From Adineta vaga (Eukaryota > Animalia > Rotifera): a DNA stretch of 64,000 nt. The notes beneath the pieces are model-generated. The model was not told where the DNA came from and searched no databases. It saw only the letters and a program-made list of their open reading frames with translations. The stretch lies in NCBI GenBank assembly GCA_021613535.1, contig CP075493.1:13826001-13890000 (forward strand). Direction: 5' to 3'. The position numbers were made by a program, and so were the translations under genes. Below are positions 1 through 14,067 of the stretch, piece after piece (positions within the stretch are counted from its first letter, which is position 1; each line of letters opens with the position of its first letter).

Positions 1-2
1 CG

Positions 3-3000
3 CCGAATATCTACAACAATTGTTCATGTGATCTTTCATCAACCTGTATTCAACAAGCAACAATTTATGATATTTCAGGTAATACAACTCTATTTACAGT
101 TCCAGGATTTTATACTGGTTGTTATGTAATTGAATCATTACTTCAATCGAATTTGAAATGTTTCTTCAATCAATCTTGTATTAATCAATTACAAACTTAC
201 TTAACAGTTTCAACAGCAATAAATGTTACCCAATTGAATCGTTTATCATTAATTCGTTTCCGAGAAAATTCAACAATTCGAGAATTAATAAATGAATTAT
301 TGATTGAAGAATGGGATTCATCAACTATGTTTCAAAGTTATTATAAAGAATGTCAACCATCACTATGTATTTATACGGATAAAATGAAGAATAGTGCAAT
401 TTATATCGTTACAACAATCATTGGATTAGTTGGTGGTTTAGTTACAGCATTACAAGTGTTGGTACCACGAATTATTGCGTTTATACGAAAGAAGAAAAAC
501 GTATCCAATATAACTCAAAGTATAAACTAGGAATATTTCGTGTTAAAAATTGAATATTCTTTTTTTTAGAAACATCAGAACAAAAAGAAAATAAACAAAC
601 AATTAAACAATATATTTCAACAATGAATATTTTTCCATCGATTCCACCATCCAATGATGAATATCAACTTCATAATGAACGACTGTCCACAAAACTATTT
701 CTTATTTCATTGATTCTATTATTAATTGTTCTTCTTTTATATACTTCTTTAATTGATAATACTCAAACTATTCAAATTAAAAAACCAACAATGTCACAAT
801 ATTTACAATCATATTCCAAATATCAAGATGGATTAAATTGTCCATGTACAAAAATCTCGATCAGTTACAATAAATTACTTTCTTTAAAATATCGTTTTCA
901 CGAAATTTGTACAAGTGTTTTCATTAGTGAAAATTGGTTTAAATATCTTATTCAATATTCGAATATTTATGGTAAAGATATCTTTATCGGTGATTTTCGT
1001 TCAACAGATACATCAATGTTTCAAACAATAAATTCATTTTGTGAATTAATTCAACAAACAATCGCAGATCGTTTAATAGAATTCTATTCAAATCAATTTA
1101 TAAGTTCATCAATTATTTCCTACAATGTTTTTCAATCACAAATTCAATCATTAATTTCACAATTTATTTCTTCAACAACCAATAGTTTTCTATTAGCAAT
1201 TTCAACCATACAAAGTACAACGCAAAGTAATGGATTACTTGCATCACATTTAACAAATTATCTGTATGTCTATGATCAACAAGGTGTAGTAGATATAACA
1301 TCAAGAAAATGGAACAATTGTGATTGTATTTATTCATCAGCATGTATTCAACAAGCGGCAATTTATGATATTTCAGGTAATACAACTCTATTTACAGTTC
1401 CAGGATTTTATATTGGTTGTTATGTAATTGAATCATTACTTCAATCGAATTTGAAATGTTTCTTCAATCAATCTTGTATTAATCAATTACAAACTTACTT
1501 AACAGTTTCAACAGCAATAAATGTTACTCAATTGAATCGATCTTTATTAAATAGTTTTCGAGAAAATTCAACAATTCAAGAACTAGTGAATAAATTAATG
1601 GTTGAAGAATGGAATTCAACGATTATGTTTGATAGTTATTACAGTGAATGTCAACCATCACTATGTATTTATACGGAAAAGATGAAAAATTCGGCAATGT
1701 ATATAATCACAACAGTCATTGGTCTTGTTGGTGGTTTAGTTACAGCTTTGAAATTGCTTGTACCACGATTGGTTATAATTCTAAGAAAGAAAAAAGAACC
1801 AACAAATCAAAATGAAGCTACGAGAAGTCCTAAACGTATTCGAAATTATGTGAAAAATTTGAAACATTATCTTGCAAATCTTAATTTCTTTTCATCTTCC
1901 ACCGCTGATGAAAACGATATCTATAATGAATTAATTTCTACAAGATTATTTCTTTTTCTTCTCATCTTATTCTTAATAATTCTTCTTTTATATACATCAT
2001 TAATTAACATTACACAAATCATTCAAATTAACCAACCAACGATGTCACACTATTTACAATTATATTCCAAATATTCTGATACATTAAAATGTCCATGTAG
2101 AAAAATTTCGACAGATTACAATCAAATTCTCTCCATACAATATCAATTACATCAAATTTGTTCGAGTACATTCTTACGACATGATTGGATTGTTCATATA
2201 GCAAAATGTGATGTTGAATATCCGATGTATTGTAATGATTTTCGTTGTAGTGGTCCATATTATTTTCAAGCAATTATTGGTTATTGTGATTTAGTTAGTA
2301 AGACAATATCGGATAGTTTAATACAATTTTATTCCAATCAATATATCAGTGCATCTGTCACACCTTTACAAGTATTTCAAACACAAATGGAAATATTAAT
2401 TTCACAATTTATTTCCTCAACAACAAATGATTTTCTTTTATCAATTTCAACAATACGTGGTATAACATATGGCAATGGATTATTAGTTGGATTATTATAT
2501 AACTTTTTGTTAGAAGTTAATATGACTGAAAATGTAGCCATACTTCCGTCAGAAACGTATGATATGTGTTATTGTGATAAAACACCAACATGTATGACAC
2601 AAACAGGTTTTTATTATTCACTTACAGGTATTCCATTGTATGAAATTCCAGGTTTAAAGAAAGGATGTGTTATGATTGATTCATTACTTCAATCAGATTT
2701 AAAATGTTTTTATAATCAAACATGTATTGATGCCGTTGGATCATTTTATTCCATGTCACCAGCATTAAATATGACACCATTAGATCCATCATTATTAATT
2801 CATTTTACGACAAATACATCAATGCAAGAAGTTACCGATCAATTGATGATCGATCAGTGGAATACTACAGTTATGTATGAGAATTATTTTAATGAATGTT
2901 CTCCATCACAATGCACTTATATTTATACAATGAAAAATACAATAATTTATATTATCACAACAATTATTGGTGTTGTTGGTGGTTTAGTAACTGCTTTGAA

Positions 3001-3094
3001 ATTTCTAGTACCACGTATAGTAAAATTTATGACAAGATACATGGGAAAAAAACGACGCCAAATTGAACCAATGGCAACAAACATTCAAAACTAA
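3..3094 (+). CDS. 5'-truncated multi-pass membrane protein built from tandem ~410-aa units (TM, Cys-rich ectodomain, TM)
   Basis: The frame is open from position 3. GT-AG intron 520-569 joins ORF 153-530 in frame to ORF 623-3094. The repeated unit carries STK/RLFL..TM, PTMSxYLQ, LxCPCxKIS, CxPSxCxY and IGLVGGLVTAL (two full units plus one partial). Confidence 0.8.
45..241 (+). repeat. Near-identical intragenic repeat, copy 1 (copy 2 at 1343-1539)
   Basis: About 197 bp with 4 mismatches by eye, offset 1298 bp. Confidence 0.9.
1343..1539 (+). repeat. Near-identical intragenic repeat, copy 2
   Basis: Matches 45-241. Confidence 0.9.
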
Positions 3095-4009
3095 AACGGT
3101 GACTTGCTTTCCGCTTTTGCTTTATATTTTTTTCTGTGGCATGCATTTATATAAGCATCATATATTATTCGGACATTCACTCTCATTTATACTATACGGA
3201 TGTATGTCTTTTTACTCAATAAATTAATATTCAAGTTATGCATCATAAGGAGAAAACTTTTTAAATATTTTTTTTGTTTTTAGCTTTAAAAAGAGAAATT
3301 AGTGAAATTCTAGTGTTCGAATAGATTTTCTCGAAATAATGACAGATCTGCTTCATATTACCTTCAGTATGCATATTAAAGCAAGATTATATTTGCTCTT
3401 TTAATACGTGGATAAAATGCCATTGGATATAGATGTATGGATAGTATTCGTTTGCGTGAAAAAAGAAAAACAATAGACTCTTTCGAAATCACAATATTTT
3501 TTTCACATGAAAAGGCAAATCTTTATCCACTACAAAATAACCGTTTGCTCGAGTATGTCTTTCTATTTCTCTCAAAAGCAACTTTTCTTATCGTCAACAT
3601 GTGTATGACACATGCAGAATGGCTGATCTGATAAGAGAAACTACTCGAAACGCTTAAAATTTATTTTCTAACTTGCAAAGTAAGTAATTCTATTTAAAAA
3701 TCTACCGGTTTAAAAGAACGATTCTCGCCGAAAATTTTTCAATAATACCGTGTATAATTTGACTGTAATCAGAGATTTTATAGAAAGGCATGTGCGCTCT
3801 ATTGTCATCGAGCTTGATCATAGCTGCGTATAAAGCGTAGAGTAGGTTATTACATTCTTTTTTTATTTTTCGCCGACATTCTAATCTAATCAATGTGTAT
3901 ATACGATCTACATGCATACATTTATCTTCATCTATATTCTTTTCATTAAGACGATTCCTCATCTACTGATATATAAATTGCTTATGTCCATTTTTCAATA
4001 TCATTCACA

Positions 4010-7000
4010 ATGAGTCAAGTACTAAATTTATACGAACTCCTGGGCATAGAAGCCAACGCTACTTTGGAAGTTATTCGACAAGCATGGCGTCGTAGAATAC
4101 TGGTATGCCATCCGGATAAGTGTGATTTAGATAGTGGAGACAGAAGACAGATGTTTCTAGACATTCAGCGAGCGTACGAAACTCTATCGAATGATAGGAC
4201 CAGGCGTATGTATGACGAGGCATTAATTGACGACGACGAAGAAAATATCGCGGATTTTATGAATCGATCACGGTTACAAACGGGCACGAGAGCTTCACAA
4301 GAATTTGAAAAAAAAATCAAACGTTGGATTGACGAATATCCGACTCGTACATTTATCGATAACGTTGATAAAGAATTTTCCAGCATTACCACCGAATTAT
4401 TAGACAAACACAAACATAGATTACAACACAGTTTACTTAAAAAACGTTGCGATGTATGCTATGAATCATTTTCTGATCTTACAGTGCATAGAGAAGATAA
4501 AAAAAATATTTTAGACAAGTTTATTGCTCAACATAGTGGATCGACTCTTGACGAATATCTTCAAACAAATTTTCCGATCGAATGGAATTGGAAACCAATC
4601 TCAGATGCTCCTAAAATCATTCAAGAACTATGGTTGAGCCCGAAATGGAGCGAACTCAAATCTTTAATAGATTCTGTTGCAGAGCCTATCAAGATTCTCA
4701 AAAGTGCGTTCGTAAAAAAGTCTTTTAACATTGACGAATCAATCAGATCTATCGTACGCTCTGTTTTGAATATTTCACCAATTGACGTTTTACCAAATAT
4801 TTCAGAATTGATTGGTCTGATTGATTATGAAAATCGAAAACATGAATCACCATTCTTCAAAAATTGGACAAAAAGTAGAGATAATGACTATCGCGTCTCA
4901 GGCACCGTGTGCGTTGTTAATCAAACTGATAATATGCAAATTTTAGGGAAGCTGCATTTTCGAATCGAAGAACCACGTATGGCTGTTCCAAAAACTGACT
5001 GTACAAGTTGCGAAGTTTGTAAAGAAAGGTTTAATATGCTGCTTAGCAAGCATCGCTGTCGAATGTGTAGTAAAATACAGTGTGATAACTGTCAAGTATG
5101 GCAAACCTGTCGTCCTTATGGATTTCTTCGTCCAGTTCGTATCTGTCTTCCGTGTTCTCAACGGCAACATACATTTCTTTGTAAAGTATTGCACGCGCAA
5201 ATTGAACGATTAATTATTGAGCCATACTCAAACAATATGCATATATACTTGGCTTTATTGCAACATTATGATAGAGATCGTGCCTATCAGGGAATTTATC
5301 AACGTGCATGTCGCTATTACCGGAACAGAAAAGAGTTTTCTTATGTATTGCAATGCTATCGCTACTTTGCCACCGACCAGGATTGGATACAACTTGCAGA
5401 ACAACTGTGCACTGAACATTCAGCATTTGAATTTGCAGCGAAATCTTTTGCATCAATCTCACCACGATCCAATACATACTGGACAAACAGGGCAAATACT
5501 TATTTCGAACAAAATCAGCCGAAACTTGCGTTACTTTGTTATCATCAGGCAAATTTATCTATTGACAGCATTTGGTTAGCATTAACATCGATAATAAATG
5601 ACGAAGCTCAATTGTATATATCATACTATATACAAGGTAAAGTAGAAAAAATGACAGAAGATGAGAAAACCAAATGGATAAATCAATTGCGACAATATTT
5701 GATCGATGAAAAACTTAGATCATTTTCTCTTCGACAACTACAACTAATTAACTTATCCACTTCCGACTGGAAAGATATTCTAGAGAAGTTATCAGCTAAA
5801 CAACAATATGTGGTCGTAGCTGAGATTCTCTTGGCACTGCATCCATACTCACAGGAATATATCCATCCATTTCTACAAAGTGTATCGACTTTTTTGCGCA
5901 ATTCTGCAGTACAAATTAATGAATGGATAAATGTATCGGTCAGTGTTGATCAAATGATTATGAATATGGCATTTATACATCATTTAATACCATATTTAAA
6001 CTGGGAAGATCTTCGATCGGTGTGTTTAGATGAAAAAAAGTTGATTGCCGCCATTTTATGCCATAAAGTACGAGCTTCTTTACACCCAGAGCTACAGCTC
6101 AGCACCAGGTGGATTGAGGATGGTATTTCTAACGATGAACCAATAGCATATGAATTGAAGCGGTTAATATCAGGTAAAACTTGGAAACAACTTGCGGCCG
6201 AATGTACTGAAACAGATCAATTACATTCGGCTATGCACTATAATTATCTTCGTCTTCAAGACATTAATCTAATTCAGTCGACCATTCAATCTGTAATAAA
6301 GTTCACAGAAGATTTCTTATCGGCTGACCAGACACTTCGATGTATACTCGCTACCTATAAGAAAGTCAAAAATGATGTCAACTGTTTCGTAATCACAATT
6401 GAGTATTTGCTTAAATATTGCCAGGCAAGCGAAACAAAAGTAAATATTATTGCTCGAGCAGCAAGTTCAATACAAATGCCGAAACATCTCATCTCGTTGT
6501 ATACTATGCTACTAGATGAGTTAAGAAAATCTAAAGAGTTCTTCGAACCTTATGATGCATGTCTTCACCATGTCGCGCATACAGAAAAAGTGCAAGATCA
6601 TATTAAACAGCATCCAGTACAAGTCCAAGCTTTTGTAAAAGATCAACTTAAATTAGTTTTGCATCAGTCTATCTTATTTTTCACAAGAGTATTAGCCAAA
6701 ACTAATAACATCGATGTTATTGAGCAGATTCTATGTGAATATTTTAATGAACGAACCATTGCCAATGCATCCGATGAATTCCGCGCTAAAATGTGGTTAA
6801 TCACCGGTATACGTGATAAACTACAAAATCAATATGTGAATGCTGTAGGTTGTTTTCAAAAAGCGCTAGCATGTTATCCCTCGGATGAAACTAATACGGC
6901 TCTAGTTTTACTTCTACAAGATGCTGAGTTCACTGCGACATTACTTGTTGAACTACTTCTAAGTTTAAACGAAATGAATTTAGATACATTGGCTGGATTC

Positions 7001-10000
7001 GGATGTGACATTGAACCACCACCAACAACATTCATTAAAGATAATTGCTTGAGAGCAAGTGCTAATTCAACTTTTATACGTCGATATGAACGCGCAGTTT
7101 TGGAACAACGAAATGGGTCCTCGTTACGAACAGCGCTTTCATATATTGACATGTGTAATGCTATACATGATCCTACTATGATTGTCTCGAATTTGCTTTT
7201 AGCTGGTATACATTTTTATAATCTACTGTTGCGACCTCGTACATCTCCCGCGTTTGTTTATGCATATCGTCAATCTATCGAACAATTATGTCAAAGTGCA
7301 TTCTACTATGGAATTCATTATCTATCACCACCAATACAAATCTATGCATACCGTCTTATGATTACTCTTCTATGTAGAGCAAACTCGGTTCTTCGTACGG
7401 TTTCACGCTCATCAGCTAGTAATCAGATCATTCAAGAAGAGATTATATCGAAGCAAAGTTCTGGATTTATTCTACGGCTGTTCAATCGGACAATCCATCT
7501 GTCAGAAGTTTCACCTTTAATGAATATTCCAATATCGTTGAGTTACGACGTTCTTTATCACGAGTTAATTAGTGAAGACTTTCTGATTGATTATCTGAAT
7601 GCAATGTCCAAAAATCAAGTTCAATCAATATATTATCAATATTATGTTCTGGAAGGTATGTGGGTGGGATGGATAAAAGATCGAACATTATCCAACGCTC
7701 TATATACTTCTATGGAAATTTTACTTCAAAGTAAACAGTGGAGCATGTTCGATGTCCAAGCTCTTTTTCAGGCTTGTATCGTTCCTCGAACATTGGATGG
7801 TTGGTTATATCGTGACCGCATGCCGTTACTTCTCACAAAAGGCGAGTTTTGTTTTCAACGGGCTGACGGTATTTCGGTTGATCTAAAAACCGGTCAAGTA
7901 CAGTTTCTCTTTCAGCCGGCTGTCGTGCCCGACGATGGGTTGTTTGACGAAAAAGATGTTGCAGAAGTTCTTCGGAACGGTCTAACAGATACTCTGTTTT
8001 CATTAGATCAACCAGAAGGAGATCTGTTATATCATCCATTTCAACAAATGAGATACAAACCACAAACACTACTCAACACACGTTATCTCGCTACTATGTT
8101 GCATACTGATTATTTATTGAAAATGTTTAGTAGTGAAACTGAGATAAGTACTAAAATACCTTTTAATACTCGTCCAATCACAGATGGTTTTTTTCAACGG
8201 TTGCCAGAACATTTACGTGCGAAACTACGTCCATTGAATGAAAATCGCAGCATTCGAAACAATCAAGGTTTTATTGGTCATCGTTTTTGGATTCAACCAG
8301 ACGACACGACTTTTGAGACACGATCGGCGCGAGATAGTACGAATCAATTTCTTATGAGAGTAGGCAACATTAAATTACGTGTTCGGAAACGTCGTTTAGT
8401 GCCGAACGAGAGAGGTATATTAGTCGATGATGATGATGAAAATTTGGACGATCAACAGTCACCTGAAAGTCAATTTGCAAAAGCTTTTACTGAAAATTAT
8501 GACGAAATTGGTACGTATTTTCCTGAATTCCTTCGATTGAAAGAACTTATCAAACTTGGCGTTATACTGGAATTCATACGCACTGCATATAACATTTTAA
8601 AGCAACCTGTTTCAGTAAATTCATTGTCGGAATCACTTAAAGCATGGCGCCGCGAGATTAAATATCCTTATGCAACCTATGCAAATGAAATTCAAGAGTA
8701 TAATGAATGTCTGGCGCACAATTGGTGTACTGCAGATCAGGTGTCAGCAAGTGAAGAACATAGAGTAAAAAGCGAAATTCGGACAAAGCTGGAAGGGTGG
8801 GATGAAAAAGTAGTTAGCAATTGCGCAGATTCAATTTGTAAAGCATGCCATTCGGATGACACATACGCTGCGCGTTCGCTTGTTAAACGATGGCTTGAAA
8901 ACAACCAGAATGATTCACTAGCGAGCTTCATGGCTAATTCACTTAACAACCATAATAAAAAGCGTCTCAAACCTATAGAACAAATGCACATCAAATTTGA
9001 CGATCATGAAGACGGTGAGTATGCGTTTACTATTTACATCATGGTAGGTAGTCACTTGTATGACATGTATTGAAGCTATTCATTCTTGTAATACTGATCA
9101 CTGGCATGTTATTAGAATGTTTTTGAGTTACAACCTTAGATAATAGTTGACAAATGAACAATTCCAAAAAACATATTTGTGTGAATATATGATGGTAAGA
9201 CAGAAGACTAAATTATAAGTTTAGTTTTGTATTCGCCAAGAAACTTCATTTAAACTTTTACATACATTCAACGATTGAATCAACCGACGTTTCTTTAGAT
9301 TATATTCTGATAATTGAAAAGCAGTATCCAAATGTCCTTATTTTTTCTTTTTAAGCATCTGTAACATCGGAAGACGCAAGCAAACTTTGCAACTGGGTTC
9401 CTGCTGTGTTTGCACATACAAACTCGAACGCACGTATTTATGGAGGTCTATACTTAAGCCTCAATCTTCATGTAGGTATTGTGCCGATCAACGCTGGAGT
9501 ACGTCCATATAATGCCTTGGTTATTCTTCGAAGCGTATCGACAAATGCTAAACTCTCTGATGAGAAATATCAATCGATGAAAGGATCTCACGGAGTGTCA
9601 CCAGTGTCTACATATATAAATCCAAGTACGATATGAGATATAACCTAAGAGATTCGTTGTTAGCAAGATTCTATTCGTTCATACTTGAAATAATAACTAT
9701 TTTTTTCCTTTAGAGAACATCAATGTTTCAAAAGCTAAACCGGCGCATAATCCCATTTATAACGATTCGATGCAGAATAATTCATCGAAACCTTCAGGTA
9801 GTAAATCGTATTATAAACAATATAATTATACGGATCTTAATGGCATAAATAGAAAATGATTTTCTTTTTAGCAGAAAAGCCAAACAATACCACCTCAACT
9901 ATGACGAGCAAGATAATAATTCAGAGCGTGACTGAGCAGCCTATACCACAGACTGAAAATACACAGAACCAATCACAAAATCTACAGAAGGCAAATTCAC

Positions 10001-10660
10001 ACCGGAAGGTCTCACCAAGTGTTTTGAATAATGTTGAGCCAACTGAATTATGGATGGCTTGTGACAGTTTCAAACTATTTCAATGTCTAAAGGATTGGCT
10101 ACAAAATTACGAACCGGAAGGGATGTCACATTCATCTCCACTAATACAAGCTGTAAAGAGAAAATATTTAGGTAACATGTTCATATATTCTTTTGAGATG
10201 AAGTCGCTCGCTTCTATATTTCATAGCCTCATTAGCTTTCTAAAACATTATTCATTCCCAGTTACGATCTCATATATAATTTCTATAACCATGTATTAGA
10301 CCAAGATGATAAAACACCGAAATCACTCTCTTTCTTTTAGCTACTCCGGTCACGAACGCCACAAGTGCACACACAGATATACCAATAACCGCAATAGATT
10401 CTACTCATTCACACCAGGATGCAACAGTAGAAGAGAACTCTCAAATGACACAATCTATTCAACCAGACACTATTTCTACTTCAAGTTCTACGGTTGATGA
10501 TAATATACAATTATTGCGACGATCGAACGATCTATGGCTACGAGAGTACAAAATGAAATGGTTGGAAAATCATGCCCTCGACGAAGCAGTAGAACAATCA
10601 TTGTTCATTCAAGAAACTGATGATGACACGGACAATGAGAATATACATACTAATTCTTAA
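4010..10660 (+). CDS. Large DnaJ-domain, FYVE-like zinc finger, helical-repeat protein (5 exons)
   Basis: J-domain (LYELLGI...HPDK...AYETLS) and FYVE-like CxxC...KHRCRMC...CxxC...RICxxC. Phase-consistent introns at 9015-9355, 9626-9713, 9798-9871 and 10172-10340 link ORFs 4010, 9406, 9856 and 10445. Confidence 0.8.
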
Positions 10661-10724
10661 TATTTTATTCCTTTTCTTTTTCTTCTACGATTTGGGCCTT
10701 GATTGACAGAAAAACAAAAACAGA

Positions 10725-13532
10725 TTAAATAGTTGCAGAATTTTGTTGCATTGTAACATTGTCTGTATCAAGCATAATTTCGATATCATCTATACTGGCG
10801 TCACTATTACGTCTCAATGAATGCAACATCTCGATAAAGAAAGGTTTTTTGTTGTCATGCATTGAAGTTGCAATAAGATATATATCTCGATTTTTCAAAT
10901 ACATTTGTACCGATGGATGATCGTGAGGTAGTGAACGCAATGAAATACTAAAAGCTTCAGAATAGTACTTGTGAGCGAGTTTATGTTCACCAATATTCGT
11001 ATAAACAATACCGATGTTGTTGCATGTTGCTGCTAAGTCTGTCGAATTATCTAGTGAAATATGTCGCTGAATTCCGAATGCATGGCGGAAGTAAGTAAGA
11101 GCCATGATGAACTGCTGCATGTTATTGTAAACCATACCTATATTAGAATAGATGCGTGCAAGATTTCCTTTTTTCAATTGTTGTTGCCTAGTCTCAATAT
11201 CTAGTGCTTGTAGATAATTTTTAAGTGCATCACTATATCTATTTAGTTTGAAAAGAATATTGCCATGATTTTCATACAGAATAGACGTATTCGATGACAT
11301 GGGCAATGTACGTATTCGCAGTAGAGCTCGTTTTTGATGCTCGTGTGCTTCATTATATAAACCCAGACGAAAGAATACTTGAGCAAGATCATTTTCGATT
11401 GTATCAAAGAGTTGCAATTGACTATGGTCATGTTGATCTAATAAAGTTAAGTAATATTCTTTTGCCGCATTATACTCACCTACATGATATAAGTAACGGC
11501 CCCATGCCAGGATAGTTGGACCGTCGTGAAGTCTTATTTTACGCTCGAAATGCGTTTTAACGAGGTTTAATCCGCTAAGATCTTCATCTGTCGTGTAACG
11601 CAGTTTAGCATAATAAGATCTCGGTGATGTAAGCTGAAATGAGACAATCTTAAAAATGGTTGCAGGCATAATAAGGTATTCATTTTCTTCTTTAAATACA
11701 GTATCATTCACGAGATTACAGCATATGTCTGTTGTAGCTTCAATTTCCAAGATGAGAAAAGAATAATCTTTGGCATCTGGTTCAACCCCACAGCCACCAA
11801 ACGCTTCAGCAACATCTTTCAAACTTGATGTCGACAAAAACGAATTGAATGCTATCAGACCATTATGTTTCGCATGTATTCGATTTATCTCATCATTGTG
11901 TATGAGTTGACCACGATAAAGCGTGATGTAGTTTATAGTTAAATCACGTTTTCTTAATATTTCGGCAGAAAGATCGCTGATAAATAATCTCAGACTGTGA
12001 ATCATTTTTGCATTCTGTTTCCTTAATGCTTCGTTTACAATCTGGAAGAAACATGTTTGCTTTGTATACCATCTAAGGGATTCCGCTGCAAGATAGCTGC
12101 TTTGAAAATCGTCAATTTGGACAAGGCGTTGATTGTTACTGATGCATTGCTTTCTGCATTCAGTGAGAAAATCAGTACGTGTCTCATCAGTGACTGGAAA
12201 TGATCGAATTAGATCAATCATAATTTGATACCAGAGGAAAATCACTTCTTCTTTATCGAGATCTCGAACCGACCGTTCTATATTATTCGAACCAAATACA
12301 CTAAACGTTTCTTGTGTTGAAGGTAAATCTACAGCAATACGATGACGAAGCGGATTGCTTTCAATGAAAGATCCACGAAGCTTGGGACACGTAGTTGTGA
12401 GTGTTTGCTCATCGATCAAAGATTGTTGACCTTGGTCATAAATTCGACGGTAAATAATTGATACTGGTGGACATTCATTTAACGTTGTTAGTATTTTCCA
12501 GTCGTTTGCATAGTCATCAATTACAATGACTGCTATGGCACAACCTGTAGTAGTGGCAATATAATCGAAGCAATCCACAGCATTATCAAATATGATAATA
12601 CTATCGGCTGCTTGATTCAACTGTTTACTAAATTTAAGTATTTGTGCATCAACATCATTCGGTGTTAGAAAAATAATTATAGTACGTTGTCGGTCAGCTG
12701 TCAACAGTAGTTTCGGAGTTCGGATTTCGTCGGTATCTCTACTAATATTTAATTGTCTTATAGAAAGAACCGGAGAAGCATTATAGAGTGTTTCGATAAG
12801 TTTTTTGTCATCCGTATGTTTACCCGAAACAATTAATTCTGTTCGATGCTCCGAAGACGATACATATTTCTGGCAGGCGGCAGCATCATTAAATACTTTT
12901 GTTCTCTCTGGTTGATGTGCGAGTTCGCTTTCGCTTGTTACAAGCCAAATAGTTTGTGTATTTGGAGGACGATTCTGATTCATAGCAGGAGTAGAAGTAC
13001 GATAACTAGGCCGACGTTTGGTATACTGCTCATCTGCTTCGATGTCATCTTCGAGATTATCGAGGATCTTCTGCCATTCTTCATCGTTGGCACTAAGTCC
13101 TGCACGCATACGATGTAACATTACTCGTGCTTCATGTAGACGTTTTTCGTGTGGATTCGATGCACGTTGAACTTTTCGTTGGTCTATTCGTTGTCGTAAA
13201 GCATGAATGCGTCGTCGAAGCGAGCGTATTTCGCATAAACTACTGTCATGTTCATTCTCCTCGCTTAGTATTGTTTCAGAACCAACATATTGATACTCAT
13301 CTTCATTGTCGTTAGTACAGTCGTGCATTGGTTTTCTACGTGCATCTATATGATCTTTTAATTGCCTTTTAAGTCGACGGAGACGCCTCTCTAAATCTTC
13401 TAACTCAAAGATGTCGTCCTCATCACTGCCACATTCACATTCGCTACCATGAGAGCGATTTCGACGCAATTTACGTCTATTGTTCCAACATCGTTCCCAT
13501 TCATATTCAATCACTCTAGTAAAAACATCCAA
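10725..13532 (-). CDS. ADP-ribosyltransferase (R-S-E type) with TPR repeats
   Basis: LYRGQ, FLSTS and ENE motifs followed by C-terminal TPRs (YSNIGMVY, CNNIGIVY, LPHDHP); N-terminal coiled coil. Confidence 0.85.
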   Translation of the reverse strand: MDVFTRVIEYEWERCWNNRRKLRRNRSHGSECECGSDEDDIFELEDLERRLRRLKRQLKDHIDARRKPMHDCTNDNEDEYQYVGSETILSEENEHDSSLCEIRSLRRRIHALRQRIDQRKVQRASNPHEKRLHEARVMLHRMRAGLSANDEEWQKILDNLEDDIEADEQYTKRRPSYRTSTPAMNQNRPPNTQTIWLVTSESELAHQPERTKVFNDAAACQKYVSSSEHRTELIVSGKHTDDKKLIETLYNASPVLSIRQLNISRDTDEIRTPKLLLTADRQRTIIIFLTPNDVDAQILKFSKQLNQAADSIIIFDNAVDCFDYIATTTGCAIAVIVIDDYANDWKILTTLNECPPVSIIYRRIYDQGQQSLIDEQTLTTTCPKLRGSFIESNPLRHRIAVDLPSTQETFSVFGSNNIERSVRDLDKEEVIFLWYQIMIDLIRSFPVTDETRTDFLTECRKQCISNNQRLVQIDDFQSSYLAAESLRWYTKQTCFFQIVNEALRKQNAKMIHSLRLFISDLSAEILRKRDLTINYITLYRGQLIHNDEINRIHAKHNGLIAFNSFLSTSSLKDVAEAFGGCGVEPDAKDYSFLILEIEATTDICCNLVNDTVFKEENEYLIMPATIFKIVSFQLTSPRSYYAKLRYTTDEDLSGLNLVKTHFERKIRLHDGPTILAWGRYLYHVGEYNAAKEYYLTLLDQHDHSQLQLFDTIENDLAQVFFRLGLYNEAHEHQKRALLRIRTLPMSSNTSILYENHGNILFKLNRYSDALKNYLQALDIETRQQQLKKGNLARIYSNIGMVYNNMQQFIMALTYFRHAFGIQRHISLDNSTDLAATCNNIGIVYTNIGEHKLAHKYYSEAFSISLRSLPHDHPSVQMYLKNRDIYLIATSMHDNKKPFFIEMLHSLRRNSDASIDDIEIMLDTDNVTMQQNSATI

Positions 13533-13979
13533 CGCGACATGAAGATCTCAGATTGGAAAAATGACGCTATACTCACTCTATCGAACTGTCTGACGATGAG
13601 GCACTGCTGGATTTCATTGTTGTACACTACAACTGTTATAAGTTAAAAATATGCGATAATCAATGTATTTCGTATTGTGATTTTAGATTATAAGAGTGTC
13701 GTGAAGCACTGTTTGGCGAAGAAAACAAAGTTACATGTGACTTTTTTCCTTCTTCTTCTCAAACTCGTTATCTAGTTTTTTTTCTTTTGACTAGCTTCTG
13801 CCACACGTAATTCGAAACTATACGCGTATAACCTATTTCTTCGAATAGAGAGAGAGAGAATGTTTCAAAAACAAAACTGAGGGTGTTCGATGAGTGTGAG
13901 GTGAGTGAATATAAATGAGGAATAGTAGAATAGAGTGTAACCGTATTGGATCATACTCTCTCCTTGGGGGTGCAAGGAC

Positions 13980-14050
13980 GTGGGTGTGGGTTTGGTGAGG
14001 TTGGTTCTTACTGTATCTCAACTCTTACCCTCACCCACACTCACACCCAC
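13980..14050. repeat. Telomere-like intergenic palindrome A
   Basis: gtgggtgtgggtttggtgagg...ccctcacccacactcacacccac; the outer 9 bp form a perfect inverted repeat. Confidence 0.8.
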
Positions 14051-14067
14051 ACTCTATCGCACAAATA

